From positions 1 through 43,056 of the forward strand of contig CAZUBM010000019.1 in NCBI GenBank assembly GCA_964618805.1: a stretch of DNA of 43,056 nt, written 5' to 3'. Of the stretch, positions 1 through 9,570 are shown one piece after another. The number at the start of each line of letters is the position of its first letter. Position 1 is the first letter of the stretch. This DNA is from an uncultured Nitrososphaerota archaeon (GTDB taxonomy: Archaea > Korarchaeota > Korarchaeia > Korarchaeales > Korarchaeaceae). The notes under the pieces were generated by a model, which saw only the letters and a program-made list of their open reading frames with translations, was not told where the DNA came from and ran no database searches. The translations under genes and the position numbers were made by a program.

Positions 1-1
1 T

Positions 2-382
2 TGCGTCCTCTGGAGCATTTTTCCAATATTCAAACGTGAACTTAACATCCTCTCCTGTTAGCGGCTGCCCATCATGCCACTTAGCATTCTTCCTGATGTG
101 GAAGACAACCCACTTACCGTTGGGGTCAACTTCCCAGGACTCTGCGAGCCAAGGAATTGGCTTGAGTTGCTCATCGTACGCAATGAGTTCGTCGTAAATC
201 TGGATTAGGAACCAGTTTGTTCTCTCGCTCCTCGGGAACAGAGGGTTCATCTCGCCAATGTCAGAGGGGTAGGCCATAACAAATACCATCTCTTGGTCCT
301 GCGCACTTGTTCCCCTTAGGAAGTATGGGGCTATTGCCGTAAGAAGAATTAGGATGCATACTATTAGTTTTCTCTTGAACAT
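2..382 (-). CDS. ABC peptide transporter substrate-binding protein (family 5, OppA/DppA-like), partial; runs off the window start
   Basis: Not in the ORF track. Hand translation from ATG 382 (AGGTGA RBS at 390-385) gives MFKRKLIVCILILLTAIAPYFLRGTSAQ...IYDELIAYDEQLKPIPWLAESWEV...FHIRKNAKWHDGQPLTGEDVKFTF. This has a signal peptide and the family-5 SBP signature LAESW...WHDG.PLT..DV.FTF. Confidence 0.9.
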   Translation of the reverse strand, partial: MFKRKLIVCILILLTAIAPYFLRGTSAQDQEMVFVMAYPSDIGEMNPLFPRSERTNWFLIQIYDELIAYDEQLKPIPWLAESWEVDPNGKWVVFHIRKNAKWHDGQPLTGEDVKFTFEYWKNAPEDA

Positions 383-585
383 GTTCACCTGTTTTCTTTT
401 GGATCCAGCTTAAAATTTAAGTTTGCCTTCGTGCTCGAATGAAAAAGAATAAATCTATTCTTTGCAATTCAGGAGCCGAAGGTTAAAAAAATGTCAACTA
501 ATTATTGCAAATATTGTTAAAATGTAATCGATTCTCTACAATTGTTTTTTATCTAAAAAATGGAGTAGGATAGGCTTGTTAAAAG

Positions 586-1674
586 TCAAGATATGCTTGA
601 AGACTTTACTAGCTCAATGACTTTTTCTGCAGGCAAAGCATCTACCACATGATTATCTCTCCCAATCATCGTCTCAGCAGTTAAAAGAGAATCTATTATT
701 GCCTCTTCTGTTGCCTCTGCTGCTGCGGCAAAGAGTTTATTCAAGGAGGAATCCCTAAGCACCTCCAACTTTAGCTTTTCCCTTCCATAGTGCGATATCG
801 TATAACTATTTGAGAAAGCAAGCACTATGTCCCCGCTTCCATTGTAAGACTTACCTCCGGTCCTAGCAAGTCCCAAGATTGCTCTCTTGGCAAGTCTTTT
901 CAGCTGTCTGTGGGTTAGAGGGGCATCTGTTGCAAGCAACATGATTATAGAACCCTTTGTCTTTCTACTCTTCCTGTGGCCATAATCCTTCAGCAAGAGA
1001 CCTACAGGGACTCCATTAATGGTCAAATCCTCTCTCCTTCCAAAGTTGGTTAATACTAGAGATCCAACTATGAACTCCTCCCCTTCTATCTCCACAACCC
1101 TTGAGGACGTTCCAATCCCTCCCTTAAACTCAAACGCAACCATACCAGTTCCAGCTCCAATAGAACCCATTTCGAAGGTTTCTGATGCTTTCCTTAAGGC
1201 TTCCATCACATGTTTTTCCTCCACATGCCTTCCTCTAAGGTCGTTGAGGTAAGAATCATTGCACTCCATTACCACTGGGTTTACTGAGCCCGTAGTAACT
1301 CCTATGTCCTCGTTCTCGTCAAGCATATACTGAACTAAGGCATCTGCCACCTTCCATGTGCATAAAGTGCTTGTTAAAAGGATAGGGGTTTCAAGGACAC
1401 CAAACTCCTCTACCTGAACAAGTCCCAAAGATTTACCGTATCCGTTCATCACAAAGGATGCTGCTGGGACCTTTTCCTTGTAGATATTCCCTGCGTGCGG
1501 GATCACCGCCGTAACTCCAGTTCGAACAGGGCCCTTCCCTGGTATAAGCTTTCCTTCTCCTCTCACAATTGTGCAGTGACCTACTCTTACCCCCTTAACG
1601 TCTGAGATAGTGTTTCTCTTACCTGGACTAATCATCCCTACCTCTAAACCGAGTTCTCTAGCTCTAGGTCTCAT
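586..1674 (-). CDS. dmpA: DmpA-family (peptidase S58/P1) L-aminopeptidase/D-Ala-esterase/amidase
   Basis: N-terminal RARELG...GKRNTISDVKGVRVGH, RTGVTAV, NG.GK..G, ECNDSYLND, GAGTGM..FEFKGGIGTSSR, the autocleavage G-S-II site (KGSIIM) and GSGD. Confidence 0.9.
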   Translation of the reverse strand: MRPRARELGLEVGMISPGKRNTISDVKGVRVGHCTIVRGEGKLIPGKGPVRTGVTAVIPHAGNIYKEKVPAASFVMNGYGKSLGLVQVEEFGVLETPILLTSTLCTWKVADALVQYMLDENEDIGVTTGSVNPVVMECNDSYLNDLRGRHVEEKHVMEALRKASETFEMGSIGAGTGMVAFEFKGGIGTSSRVVEIEGEEFIVGSLVLTNFGRREDLTINGVPVGLLLKDYGHRKSRKTKGSIIMLLATDAPLTHRQLKRLAKRAILGLARTGGKSYNGSGDIVLAFSNSYTISHYGREKLKLEVLRDSSLNKLFAAAAEATEEAIIDSLLTAETMIGRDNHVVDALPAEKVIELVKSSSIS

Positions 1675-1778
1675 CTCCTCATCCCAAGTTGATGTCTGCT
1701 GGGTTATTGAAAACGTTCCGTTTTATCGAAAAGCGAACCTAATAGTTGTAATGGGATCATGACAAGGTGCAGAAAAGG

Positions 1779-4700
1779 TTAGGTAAAAGCTTCAATACCA
1801 ACATCTCTCAGAGCGCTGTAGTTCCTAGCTTCTTTAAGGCTTGAAGAAAGACAGAAGAAGGTCGGGAATGCTCTTTTCTCCATTGGATTCAACTTCACAT
1901 TTAGCGTACCAACGATGTGCCCTCCAAAGCTGGATGACTCATCCGCCATTGCAATCTCAAGACCTCTCTCAACAGGAGTTACTACGGTTGCATAGCATTT
2001 CTTGGACGGATTACCTGATATAACGTAGCCTTTTGTGGATGGAAGCCATGCAGAATAAGGATTCTCCTTTCTGACGTATTCTAATACATCGGTTGGAACT
2101 AAGATTCGGTACCCCTTTCTTTCACCTCCAAGCTTAAGGAAGAAACTCATAAGAGTTCTGAACTCTCTAGAAGCCTGCGTCTTGTTTTCAAAGCAAGGTA
2201 TCACTAGTAGAACTTTGCTCATTGGTTTTGTAAGATAAGAGATGCTGAACTTTATCCCCCGCAGATCCCTGTGTTCTTCTCTCATAGGTTCAAACCATAA
2301 CTTAACTCCGGACCATCCAGCTACCTCAACCTTCTCTGCTTCCCACTTTTCCCTATGGAAAGTCCAGTACCATTCATCTCTCTTGATCAATCCGTTTAGA
2401 CCAATTCCACCCAGCCACTCACCCAACCAGGAGAAAGTAGTAACCTTCGGGTAAGGAGAAAGTAAGTGCTCTATGCCATGAGCATCCTTAGCGCTATAAA
2501 GGACTCCACCATACTCATGTGAGACTTTGAATTCAAGATATCCGTTGTCTATAGAGTAAGATTTCTTACCCTTATCCTCTATCTCCCTTACCTTTACTTT
2601 ACCCTTGGTTCCAATGAGGATGAGAGGTAATTCAAATTTTAGCTCAGTTTCTGGGAGATTGAGGGTGATCTCACCCTTATAAGCTCCAGGAGGACAGTTA
2701 GGAGTTATCTTAGTCGTAAATATCTTCTCCTTCCCAAGGAAAAGGTCTTCAAATTGAAATTCCTCTTTATCCGATTTCCAACCTTCAGGAAGGGTAAGAG
2801 TTAGTGTCCCTTTATATCTTCTCATTCTAGAACAGCTAATCTTGATTTTCATGAGAGACTCTTCTTCAAACAATATGGGTTGTGTAGAAACATTCACAAA
2901 GAACTCTTCTGAAACCTTTTCATATGGATCTGGCTTTACTTTATTCCTATATATAGATTTCCAGATTTCTCTGATTGTTCTCCAATCTCCAGGGCCTACA
3001 TATAGATAAAATGGCTTTAACCAAGCAATTGAGAAAGGTTCTAGCTTTACAGGGAAGATGAAGTTTGCCTTACCCCCTCCAAATTCGTTCTCTTCGACCT
3101 CATCCCATAGAAAGCCTAAGGATACTCCTTTTTTGGGGAATTCAAAGCAAAGCCATCTTTCCTCGAAATCCTTGGGGTTCTTTGGCAGGTCTCTTTCCCA
3201 ATAGGGAAAGTCCCCCTCCATGGCTGGAGACCTGATTATCTTCCCTCTAATCGGTATGTTATATATTGATCCCCAGAATTCCACCCAGCTCCTCGATTGT
3301 AACTTGAACTCTCTGTTTAGCTCTGAATTATTGATAAATCCATATCTAATTTTGATTAATGGGCTTCCTCCATAAATAGTTACTTCTTTTAGTATAGTTA
3401 AGCCCTTATATCTCTCGGAGTCAGCGCTCAAGGTTATTTTGTAGCCGAGGGGGATTTCTTCTACTTTAGCTTCAAATGGCTTGATATCAAATTCAGAGGG
3501 CCAGAAAGGAGGCCCTATTCCCGCTCTAAGAGTGTAAGCAAGTAACAACCCAGAAATCTTGTCAAAAACCCTCATTACGCCTCCTCTTCTAAGATTAAAC
3601 TCCACTCTCGTAGTCATGTTCTCTCCAACTAGCCTATGTTTATCCCCTTCTGCTGCGACTACAACACCAGAAGGTTCAAGGACTCGGACGTTAAACTCCT
3701 TTGGCTTTGTTCTGACCTCATTTCCATCTACCTTTGCAGAGGCCGTAAGTATAAGTGGATAAGCCCCCGTCTTGACCTCTTCTGGAACGCTAACCTTGGC
3801 TTTAAGCCCAGATATACCCAGAGGCTCTATCTCACAACCTTTTTCGAACTCAATTGCTATCTCTTCAGCATGAGAGAGTAAAAGAGACACTTTTGCTCTC
3901 TTTTTTATGAAAGACTTGAGGTTTATTGTAATATTAGTATCTGTTCCCGGCCAGCACGCGAATGGAAAGGGATCTATCTTTATCTCTATTGGCTGTCTTA
4001 TCCTAATGCCGGCTGCAAGCGGGATTAGAACATCTCCAATTATCAGATTACTAGATATCTTTCTGGATCTTTCATCCTCTGGTCTTTCTTCTGCCATCAC
4101 ATCTGGTTTGAAAATGGCTTTAACCTCAACATCTTCATGAGGAGGGACCTTAAATGAACTTTCAGGGAGGCTCACCATCTCTATCTCCGGATCTGGTGTT
4201 ATAAACAAACTACAGTTAACTTCCTCATCACTTTTGTTTTCTATTCTCCATCTGATTTCTTGAGAGAATCCGGCTGGAGCTTCTTGCTCCTCAACCCAAC
4301 ATTCAACGGCAAGTTCTGGAGATTCGATGCCCATTATCTCCCTAGCTTCTCTATCAATTAGGACTCGCAACCTTTTTCTATCAACTTCAAACTCATAGGG
4401 AAAGACTTTCATTCCCTTTTCTCTAAAATCATCCTCCTTCTGGGTTATCTCTCTAACAAAGTGCTTGTACCATTTTGGATGAAGAAGGCCATATTTCTTT
4501 AAGAATCTTGATGAGAAAGGGTGCAAAAGAATAGCTGGTATGTAGTTCTGCATGTAAACATTGGTTTTAGGAACCCAAAAGAACCCTGTCTTCTTATAAA
4601 GGGGAACTGCTAGAAGATTTCCTCCCCATGTGTGCAGATCGAGCCTTTTCCTCCCTATCCTCATTGTTTCCTCGATGCTAGCTAATAACAGAGCCTTTCC

Positions 4701-4988
4701 TATTCCCTTGCCTCTGTGTTCGGGATGAACATTAAGGAACTCTATGTAGGCCGAGTCCTTCTCCCAAAAATGCTCTGTTATCGTGCAAATACCGACTATC
4801 TCTCCTTCTAATTCAGCAACTAAAGGGGCAAAGCACCTGCTTCTTTCAATCCATTCTTTGGCCCTTTCAGCAGTATAAGGTATACCTCCAGTTAGTCCTC
4901 CCGGCCATCCTTCCTCGCTCTCGTTCAAGAGCTTTGCCAATCCTTCAGCATCCTTTTCCGTAAACCGTCTGACGATAGGGCCAGTCAT
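1779..4988 (-). CDS. Large (1069 aa) protein with an N-terminal GNAT acetyltransferase domain and uncharacterised C-terminal beta-rich domains
   Basis: Acetyl-CoA motif A (LNVHPEHRGKGIGKALL) and motif B (N..AVPLYKKTGF) lie in the first ~140 aa. The remaining ~900 aa were not recognised. Confidence 0.75.
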   Translation of the reverse strand: MTGPIVRRFTEKDAEGLAKLLNESEEGWPGGLTGGIPYTAERAKEWIERSRCFAPLVAELEGEIVGICTITEHFWEKDSAYIEFLNVHPEHRGKGIGKALLLASIEETMRIGRKRLDLHTWGGNLLAVPLYKKTGFFWVPKTNVYMQNYIPAILLHPFSSRFLKKYGLLHPKWYKHFVREITQKEDDFREKGMKVFPYEFEVDRKRLRVLIDREAREIMGIESPELAVECWVEEQEAPAGFSQEIRWRIENKSDEEVNCSLFITPDPEIEMVSLPESSFKVPPHEDVEVKAIFKPDVMAEERPEDERSRKISSNLIIGDVLIPLAAGIRIRQPIEIKIDPFPFACWPGTDTNITINLKSFIKKRAKVSLLLSHAEEIAIEFEKGCEIEPLGISGLKAKVSVPEEVKTGAYPLILTASAKVDGNEVRTKPKEFNVRVLEPSGVVVAAEGDKHRLVGENMTTRVEFNLRRGGVMRVFDKISGLLLAYTLRAGIGPPFWPSEFDIKPFEAKVEEIPLGYKITLSADSERYKGLTILKEVTIYGGSPLIKIRYGFINNSELNREFKLQSRSWVEFWGSIYNIPIRGKIIRSPAMEGDFPYWERDLPKNPKDFEERWLCFEFPKKGVSLGFLWDEVEENEFGGGKANFIFPVKLEPFSIAWLKPFYLYVGPGDWRTIREIWKSIYRNKVKPDPYEKVSEEFFVNVSTQPILFEEESLMKIKISCSRMRRYKGTLTLTLPEGWKSDKEEFQFEDLFLGKEKIFTTKITPNCPPGAYKGEITLNLPETELKFELPLILIGTKGKVKVREIEDKGKKSYSIDNGYLEFKVSHEYGGVLYSAKDAHGIEHLLSPYPKVTTFSWLGEWLGGIGLNGLIKRDEWYWTFHREKWEAEKVEVAGWSGVKLWFEPMREEHRDLRGIKFSISYLTKPMSKVLLVIPCFENKTQASREFRTLMSFFLKLGGERKGYRILVPTDVLEYVRKENPYSAWLPSTKGYVISGNPSKKCYATVVTPVERGLEIAMADESSSFGGHIVGTLNVKLNPMEKRAFPTFFCLSSSLKEARNYSALRDVGIEAFT

Positions 4989-5073
4989 CGCTTATTCGAG
5001 CCATTACTTAGTTCTGAAAAATAAGTATGACGGTTTTTTGAGGAATTAAAGGGATGTAATTGTTCAAACGTTT

Positions 5074-5511
5074 ATGCTGGGGAGAAATTTGAGAAGAATC
5101 TCCAAGATAACGATATCGAAGGAACACCTAACCGTCTTGTTGGAAGAAAGCAAAAGATCCGGCAAAGAAGTTGGAGCCCTCTTATTTGGAAGATTCGAGA
5201 GAGATAAAGCTGTTGTTGAGCTAGTGAAGATGCTACGCTACTCCGAGAGATCATTAACGCATTTCATGGCAGATCCCTTCTTCCTGCTGGAATCTTTCTC
5301 TGAGGCAGAAAAACTAGGTTTAGAGCTTGTAGGAATATTCCACTCTCACCCAGCACCTCCAAGACCTTCGGCATTAGATATGAGATATATGGAACTAAAT
5401 CCAGTAGTTTGGCTGATAGCAGACAGCATAAAGCTGATGATTAGAGCGTATAAACTGGATGAAGGTGAACTGAATGAGATTAAAATAGAAATAGTTAATA
5501 CCCCTTCCTAA
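5074..5511 (+). CDS. JAMM/MPN+ (M67) metallo-isopeptidase, desampylase-like
   Basis: Upstream Glu in EVGALL and the motif GIFHSHPAPPRPSALD, matching E...HxHx7Sx2D. Confidence 0.88.
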   Translation: MLGRNLRRISKITISKEHLTVLLEESKRSGKEVGALLFGRFERDKAVVELVKMLRYSERSLTHFMADPFFLLESFSEAEKLGLELVGIFHSHPAPPRPSALDMRYMELNPVVWLIADSIKLMIRAYKLDEGELNEIKIEIVNTPS

Positions 5512-5546
5512 TGCTTTATTAGAAAAATGCTTCCTCTAATACCGAC

Positions 5547-6131
5547 TTGTATTTCAAGGACCTACTGCTCATAATATCTGATCCAGAGGCATTCTTTAGA
5601 AAAGTTAGATTGTATGATTGGAGGAAGCCACTTTATTTCTTCCTTCAAACAACACTCCTTCTTTCCATTGGCACCGTAGCCATGAACTTGTATGGATACG
5701 CGAGTACTGACCTTTCTTCAGCATATCAAGCCCAGATAATAGCTTATCGCATTACTACCCGGCATCTTTTCCTTAGGTTCGGACATTTTGCGTTTCTCAT
5801 CGAATTCTTCCTGATAATATCTCTTTCATTGGTCTTTCTAATCGTCCTAACTTTATTTTTCCACATAATCTTTCTACTGTTGGGAGGAAAAGGATCTTTA
5901 GTAGACGCATGGAAGGCAATCTGCTATGGAGCTGGACCTTGCGCTTTAGGGGGCTTCCTACCTTATGTTTCCCTTGTTGTTGGATTTTATTCCTTCTTCC
6001 TCCAGTTTTATATCGGCCCAAGGGTTCTATACAAGTTAAAGGAGTCTAGATTACTGTTTATACTAGCGTTACTTTTTGCAGGCCTATTCATAGAGGTTTA
6101 TTTGTTTGGAACTACGGTAGGATATCCCTAG
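5547..6131 (+). CDS. YIP1-family membrane protein
   Basis: N-terminal I..P..FF pattern, FFHIIFLLLGGKGS...WKAICY, and about 5 hydrophobic segments. Confidence 0.7.
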   Translation: MYFKDLLLIISDPEAFFRKVRLYDWRKPLYFFLQTTLLLSIGTVAMNLYGYASTDLSSAYQAQIIAYRITTRHLFLRFGHFAFLIEFFLIISLSLVFLIVLTLFFHIIFLLLGGKGSLVDAWKAICYGAGPCALGGFLPYVSLVVGFYSFFLQFYIGPRVLYKLKESRLLFILALLFAGLFIEVYLFGTTVGYP

Positions 6132-6333
6132 AATTAATTAGGGATCTTGAAAAAGAAGATATAATTTTCTGAAATGAAAGCACCATCTTTCCCTCTCTCG
6201 GCTCCCTGAAAGCTGATAGTACGGAGTTAACACACAAAAGAAAATCGTTCGACATCTGTTAGAATTTTATCACAATCTTAAGTGAGATAGTTGTGAGATC
6301 TCACAGCCTCAATTGAGATCCTTGCTTAGAATC

Positions 6334-7248
6334 TCAGTCAAGGTTTTTGCTAAGTAGTGCGATCTTGAGTATAGCCATGGCAACAGGCAAATACAAAGCT
6401 GCTTGTTCGAAATATTTGGCATAAGGTGTATCGTCCACCTCTGAACTCAATTCATCAGTTCTTGGCAATGGATGTAAGATTATCATCCTTTCTTTAGCTT
6501 CTCTTAGGATAGATTTAGTTATTCTGTAAGTCCCCTTGAGCTTCTCGTATTCAGTAGGGTCTGGAAACCTTTCTTTCTGCAGCCTAGTCACATAAAGAAC
6601 ATCGAGTTCCGGGATTACTTCTTCTAATCCTGGTGTCTCCTCAAAGTCTATCCTCGAAGTAATTAAGGCTTCCCTAATGTCTTCCTTTATTCTCAGACTA
6701 TCTGGAGATATCAAGTATATCTTTGAAGGAAGAAACCTGGTTAATCCTAATAGAAACGATCTAGCAGCCCTTCCATACCGTAAATCTCCTATTAAACCTA
6801 TTTTAAGTCCATCTATTTTTCCTAGAATGTGTTTAAGCGCATAAAGGTCTAAAATACCTTGAACAGGATGTTCCTTACTTCCATCTCCAGCGTTTATGAC
6901 AGGAGATTCGGCTATTTGAGCTGCAAGCTTTGATGCTCCCTCTAAGCTATGTCTTATGACGATCACATCAGCTATGCTATCAAGTACCTTTACCGTGTCC
7001 GAGAAGTTTTCTCCACGAGATATCGATGATCTCTCTAAGCCTCCCAGTTCCACAGCACATCCTCCAAGCTTGAACATCGCAGCTGAGAAGCTCAATCTTG
7101 CCCTTGTGCTGGGCTCGAAAAAAGCCAAAGCCAGAATTTTTCCCTTCAAGATATCAGAATGCTCCACGGTTTGCATCTTATCTGCTTCGCTAAATATGGA
7201 TTCTAGGTCACTCCTTGAAAAGTCAAGGATAGAAATGAAGTCCATCAT
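6334..7248 (-). CDS. pyrB: Aspartate carbamoyltransferase catalytic chain (divergent active site)
   Basis: FFEPSTR, VIRH, INAGDG..EHP.Q, GDL.YGR, YVTRLQKERF and ILHPLPR motifs. Several canonical residues are altered (see findings). Confidence 0.82.
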   Translation of the reverse strand: MMDFISILDFSRSDLESIFSEADKMQTVEHSDILKGKILALAFFEPSTRARLSFSAAMFKLGGCAVELGGLERSSISRGENFSDTVKVLDSIADVIVIRHSLEGASKLAAQIAESPVINAGDGSKEHPVQGILDLYALKHILGKIDGLKIGLIGDLRYGRAARSFLLGLTRFLPSKIYLISPDSLRIKEDIREALITSRIDFEETPGLEEVIPELDVLYVTRLQKERFPDPTEYEKLKGTYRITKSILREAKERMIILHPLPRTDELSSEVDDTPYAKYFEQAALYLPVAMAILKIALLSKNLD

Positions 7249-7364
7249 CTTAGATAGATACCTCCCTTAAAATTGATCGAAGGATATATTCCAGAAAATA
7301 TTTCAAAGGGATCGATGAGAGAGCAAGATTTCAATCCTAACAATGAAACCCAGAATTTCCAAGG

Positions 7365-7790
7365 TTGAAATGTAAAAAATTTCATGTAGCTCTGATGATT
7401 TTCAGATTTCGCAATGATATCAATGAAAGCCACATAAACCTTGGGTTTAGAATGAGGCAGATAGCAGGCCACTTAGCTAGAGCCAATCGTTTCCTCTCTT
7501 GGGTTATGCTCATTTTATTTTATATAACGATTCTAAGCGGATATTCTATGACAGCAAAAGGAGATCTAGTGATGAAGCTAACTCTAGGTCTCATAAACAA
7601 GAGAAATGGATATTACTTACACAGAAAAGCTTCATATCTCTTGACTCTCTTGACTTCCTTTCATATATCCGTTAATTTAAGGTTAGAACTTTTAAGGAAA
7701 GGAGCTAGGGATTCCGTTTTCCTAAATATGTTGATTTTCGCCGTATTTTTTGCGATGATTGCTGTCTTCACAATAATCGAGTTCTTATAA
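7365..7790 (+). CDS. Small membrane protein with 3 TM helices and two His (possibly cytochrome-b-like); true start may be ATG 7452
   Basis: Hydrophobic segments with ILSGY and LH...FH, a pattern reminiscent of small heme-binding membrane domains (inference). Confidence 0.5.
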   Translation: MKCKKFHVALMIFRFRNDINESHINLGFRMRQIAGHLARANRFLSWVMLILFYITILSGYSMTAKGDLVMKLTLGLINKRNGYYLHRKASYLLTLLTSFHISVNLRLELLRKGARDSVFLNMLIFAVFFAMIAVFTIIEFL

Positions 7791-7821
7791 CAAAAATCTG
7801 TAAGCTTATGCGCACTAACTT

Positions 7822-8118
7822 TCACTGAATTTCCTCCTTTAATCTTCTAACAGCATCTACGAGATCGATGATCTCTGGTTTAGGCATATTCAAGCTTCTG
7901 TATAGATCATCCACTATTGCATTCTCCAGAGCCTCAGCCCCATCTCCAAAAAGCGATTTCAGAGAGTCATGAAATTTCTTTACGTTCAAAGAGGGGTCTG
8001 TGAGATTTAGACCTTTATCCATTAAGTAGTCTTGGATTGCGCTCATCACAACGTTTCCAAATACTTCTCTCATGACTCTATTGATTGAAGCGATTACCTT
8101 TTCTTCTAACCTTCCCAT
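7822..8118 (-). CDS. Small helical archaeal protein of the type found next to KaiC-like ATPases (DUF3227-like)
   Basis: Pattern VFG.VV..AI.DYL...F...L..LFG.GA..LE..IV..LY. It lies 17 bp downstream of the ATPase on the same strand. Confidence 0.6.
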   Translation of the reverse strand: MGRLEEKVIASINRVMREVFGNVVMSAIQDYLMDKGLNLTDPSLNVKKFHDSLKSLFGDGAEALENAIVDDLYRSLNMPKPEIIDLVDAVRRLKEEIQ

Positions 8119-8135
8119 CAGAATCCCCTGAGCAC

Positions 8136-9476
8136 TTAGAGTATTGGAATCATCCTGATCTTCTTCTGCTCATGTACTATACTGTACAGCCCCGTTCTTG
8201 GAGAGACTCCATAAAGGAGCAGTGCTCCGTCCATCTCCTTTAGGACTACGTGTTGGGACGAAAGCCTCGAAGCTATCCCTACGCTCATCATCCCTCCCTT
8301 AACGAGCACTATTACAGGCATTCTATTCGAGAATCCTCGTGATATCGTATCAATTAGGAAGTCAACAGCTTTTCTAGAGCCAAATCTAGATTCTATCGCA
8401 TCTAAATCCACGATTTCCAGCACTTCATTAAATTCGTGTTTCAAGCTTTCGTATTCCCTAACATAATTTACAGCGGTATCATCATAGGTTTCCTCCGGAT
8501 ATACGATAGATATAGGCCTTTTCTTCCTACCTTCAAATTTCTCTGTTCCGGATTCGAAGCTTGGAATAGGAATAAAGTTTAACAAGGCCAAAACGGCCCT
8601 TCCAGATGAAACAGCATGACGTCCGATCACATGAAGAATTGGCAGGTATCTTAGACCTACTCCATGCTCTATTTCTATTAGAAAAACTCCTCCTCTCATA
8701 AGACCCCCGGTAATCTCATCTAGTTCTTTTATTCCAGTAGATAAACGGTTTTCATCCAGTTCACTAACATATGTGCAGGGCTCAGGAGTGTTTTCTGCCT
8801 TATAGGGCAGTATGTAAGTGAATCTACTTCCAGCAAGCGTAAACACATACGTCCTATTCTTAATGGCAACCCCCCTAAGTTTCTCAAATTCTATCTCTCT
8901 AACACTTCTCCTTTCAACATACTCCTCTCTTTCATATCTCTTAGCCCTCTCACCAAACACCCAAGTCTGTCTAAGAGTTACTAGACCATCGACAACATAC
9001 TCAAGGCTCGAGTGATCGAACTGCTCGCTTATGAAGATTAGCCTGGAGCCAGCTGCATCTACCATGCTTATTACCGCCTTTTCGGTCTTCAATCTTTCCA
9101 GATAATCTAGTTCGTTTGCAAATGCGTCCCAGGAATCAAGGACTACAAAACCTTCTTTGATCTCATTGAGGGCCTTACTAACTTTTCCAATCAGATATTG
9201 GACAGAAGATAGCCTTACGTCCTCTATTCTTGTTGGAGCAATTTGAACCACATGTTCTGGTTTAACTTTACCCTTTATCCAAGGAAATTGTGCAAATAAC
9301 TTCTGTTTAGACACTCTACTTGAGAAATACGCTGCATTGCCTGAATCTGCTAGTTGATTAATGATCTCAAGAGCTAACGTTGTCTTGCCGGTTCCAGGGA
9401 GGCCTTTTATCAGGAGAGTACAGCTTCTTGTAAGCAAGAACTCCTCAAGTTCTGGAGGCAGTTTGCCCAGGCTCAT
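8136..9476 (-). CDS. KaiC/RAD55-like (GvpD-like) P-loop ATPase with a degenerate second RecA domain
   Basis: Walker A GLPGTGKTT, Walker B VVLDSWD and the KaiC-type EKLRG. The second domain starts STGIKELDEITGGL.RG but has no intact Walker A. ATG 9476 is preferred over TTG 9500. Confidence 0.8.
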   Translation of the reverse strand: MSLGKLPPELEEFLLTRSCTLLIKGLPGTGKTTLALEIINQLADSGNAAYFSSRVSKQKLFAQFPWIKGKVKPEHVVQIAPTRIEDVRLSSVQYLIGKVSKALNEIKEGFVVLDSWDAFANELDYLERLKTEKAVISMVDAAGSRLIFISEQFDHSSLEYVVDGLVTLRQTWVFGERAKRYEREEYVERRSVREIEFEKLRGVAIKNRTYVFTLAGSRFTYILPYKAENTPEPCTYVSELDENRLSTGIKELDEITGGLMRGGVFLIEIEHGVGLRYLPILHVIGRHAVSSGRAVLALLNFIPIPSFESGTEKFEGRKKRPISIVYPEETYDDTAVNYVREYESLKHEFNEVLEIVDLDAIESRFGSRKAVDFLIDTISRGFSNRMPVIVLVKGGMMSVGIASRLSSQHVVLKEMDGALLLYGVSPRTGLYSIVHEQKKIRMIPIL

Positions 9477-9570
9477 GGCAGAACCGAGGTTCACTATCAA
9501 ACGCTCTTATCTAATAAAATATTATGACAAAAAATTGATCTTGATAGGATTAAGTGTAGGTAGACAAAGG

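Noticed and set aside
5074-5511. JAMM protease as part of a CBASS/Bil-type ubiquitin-like defence system
   Set aside because: No adjacent E1, E2, Ubl or cyclase genes. It fits a housekeeping desampylase.
8136-9476. Gas vesicle or circadian clock locus
   Set aside because: No gvpA/gvpE or kaiA/kaiB genes nearby.
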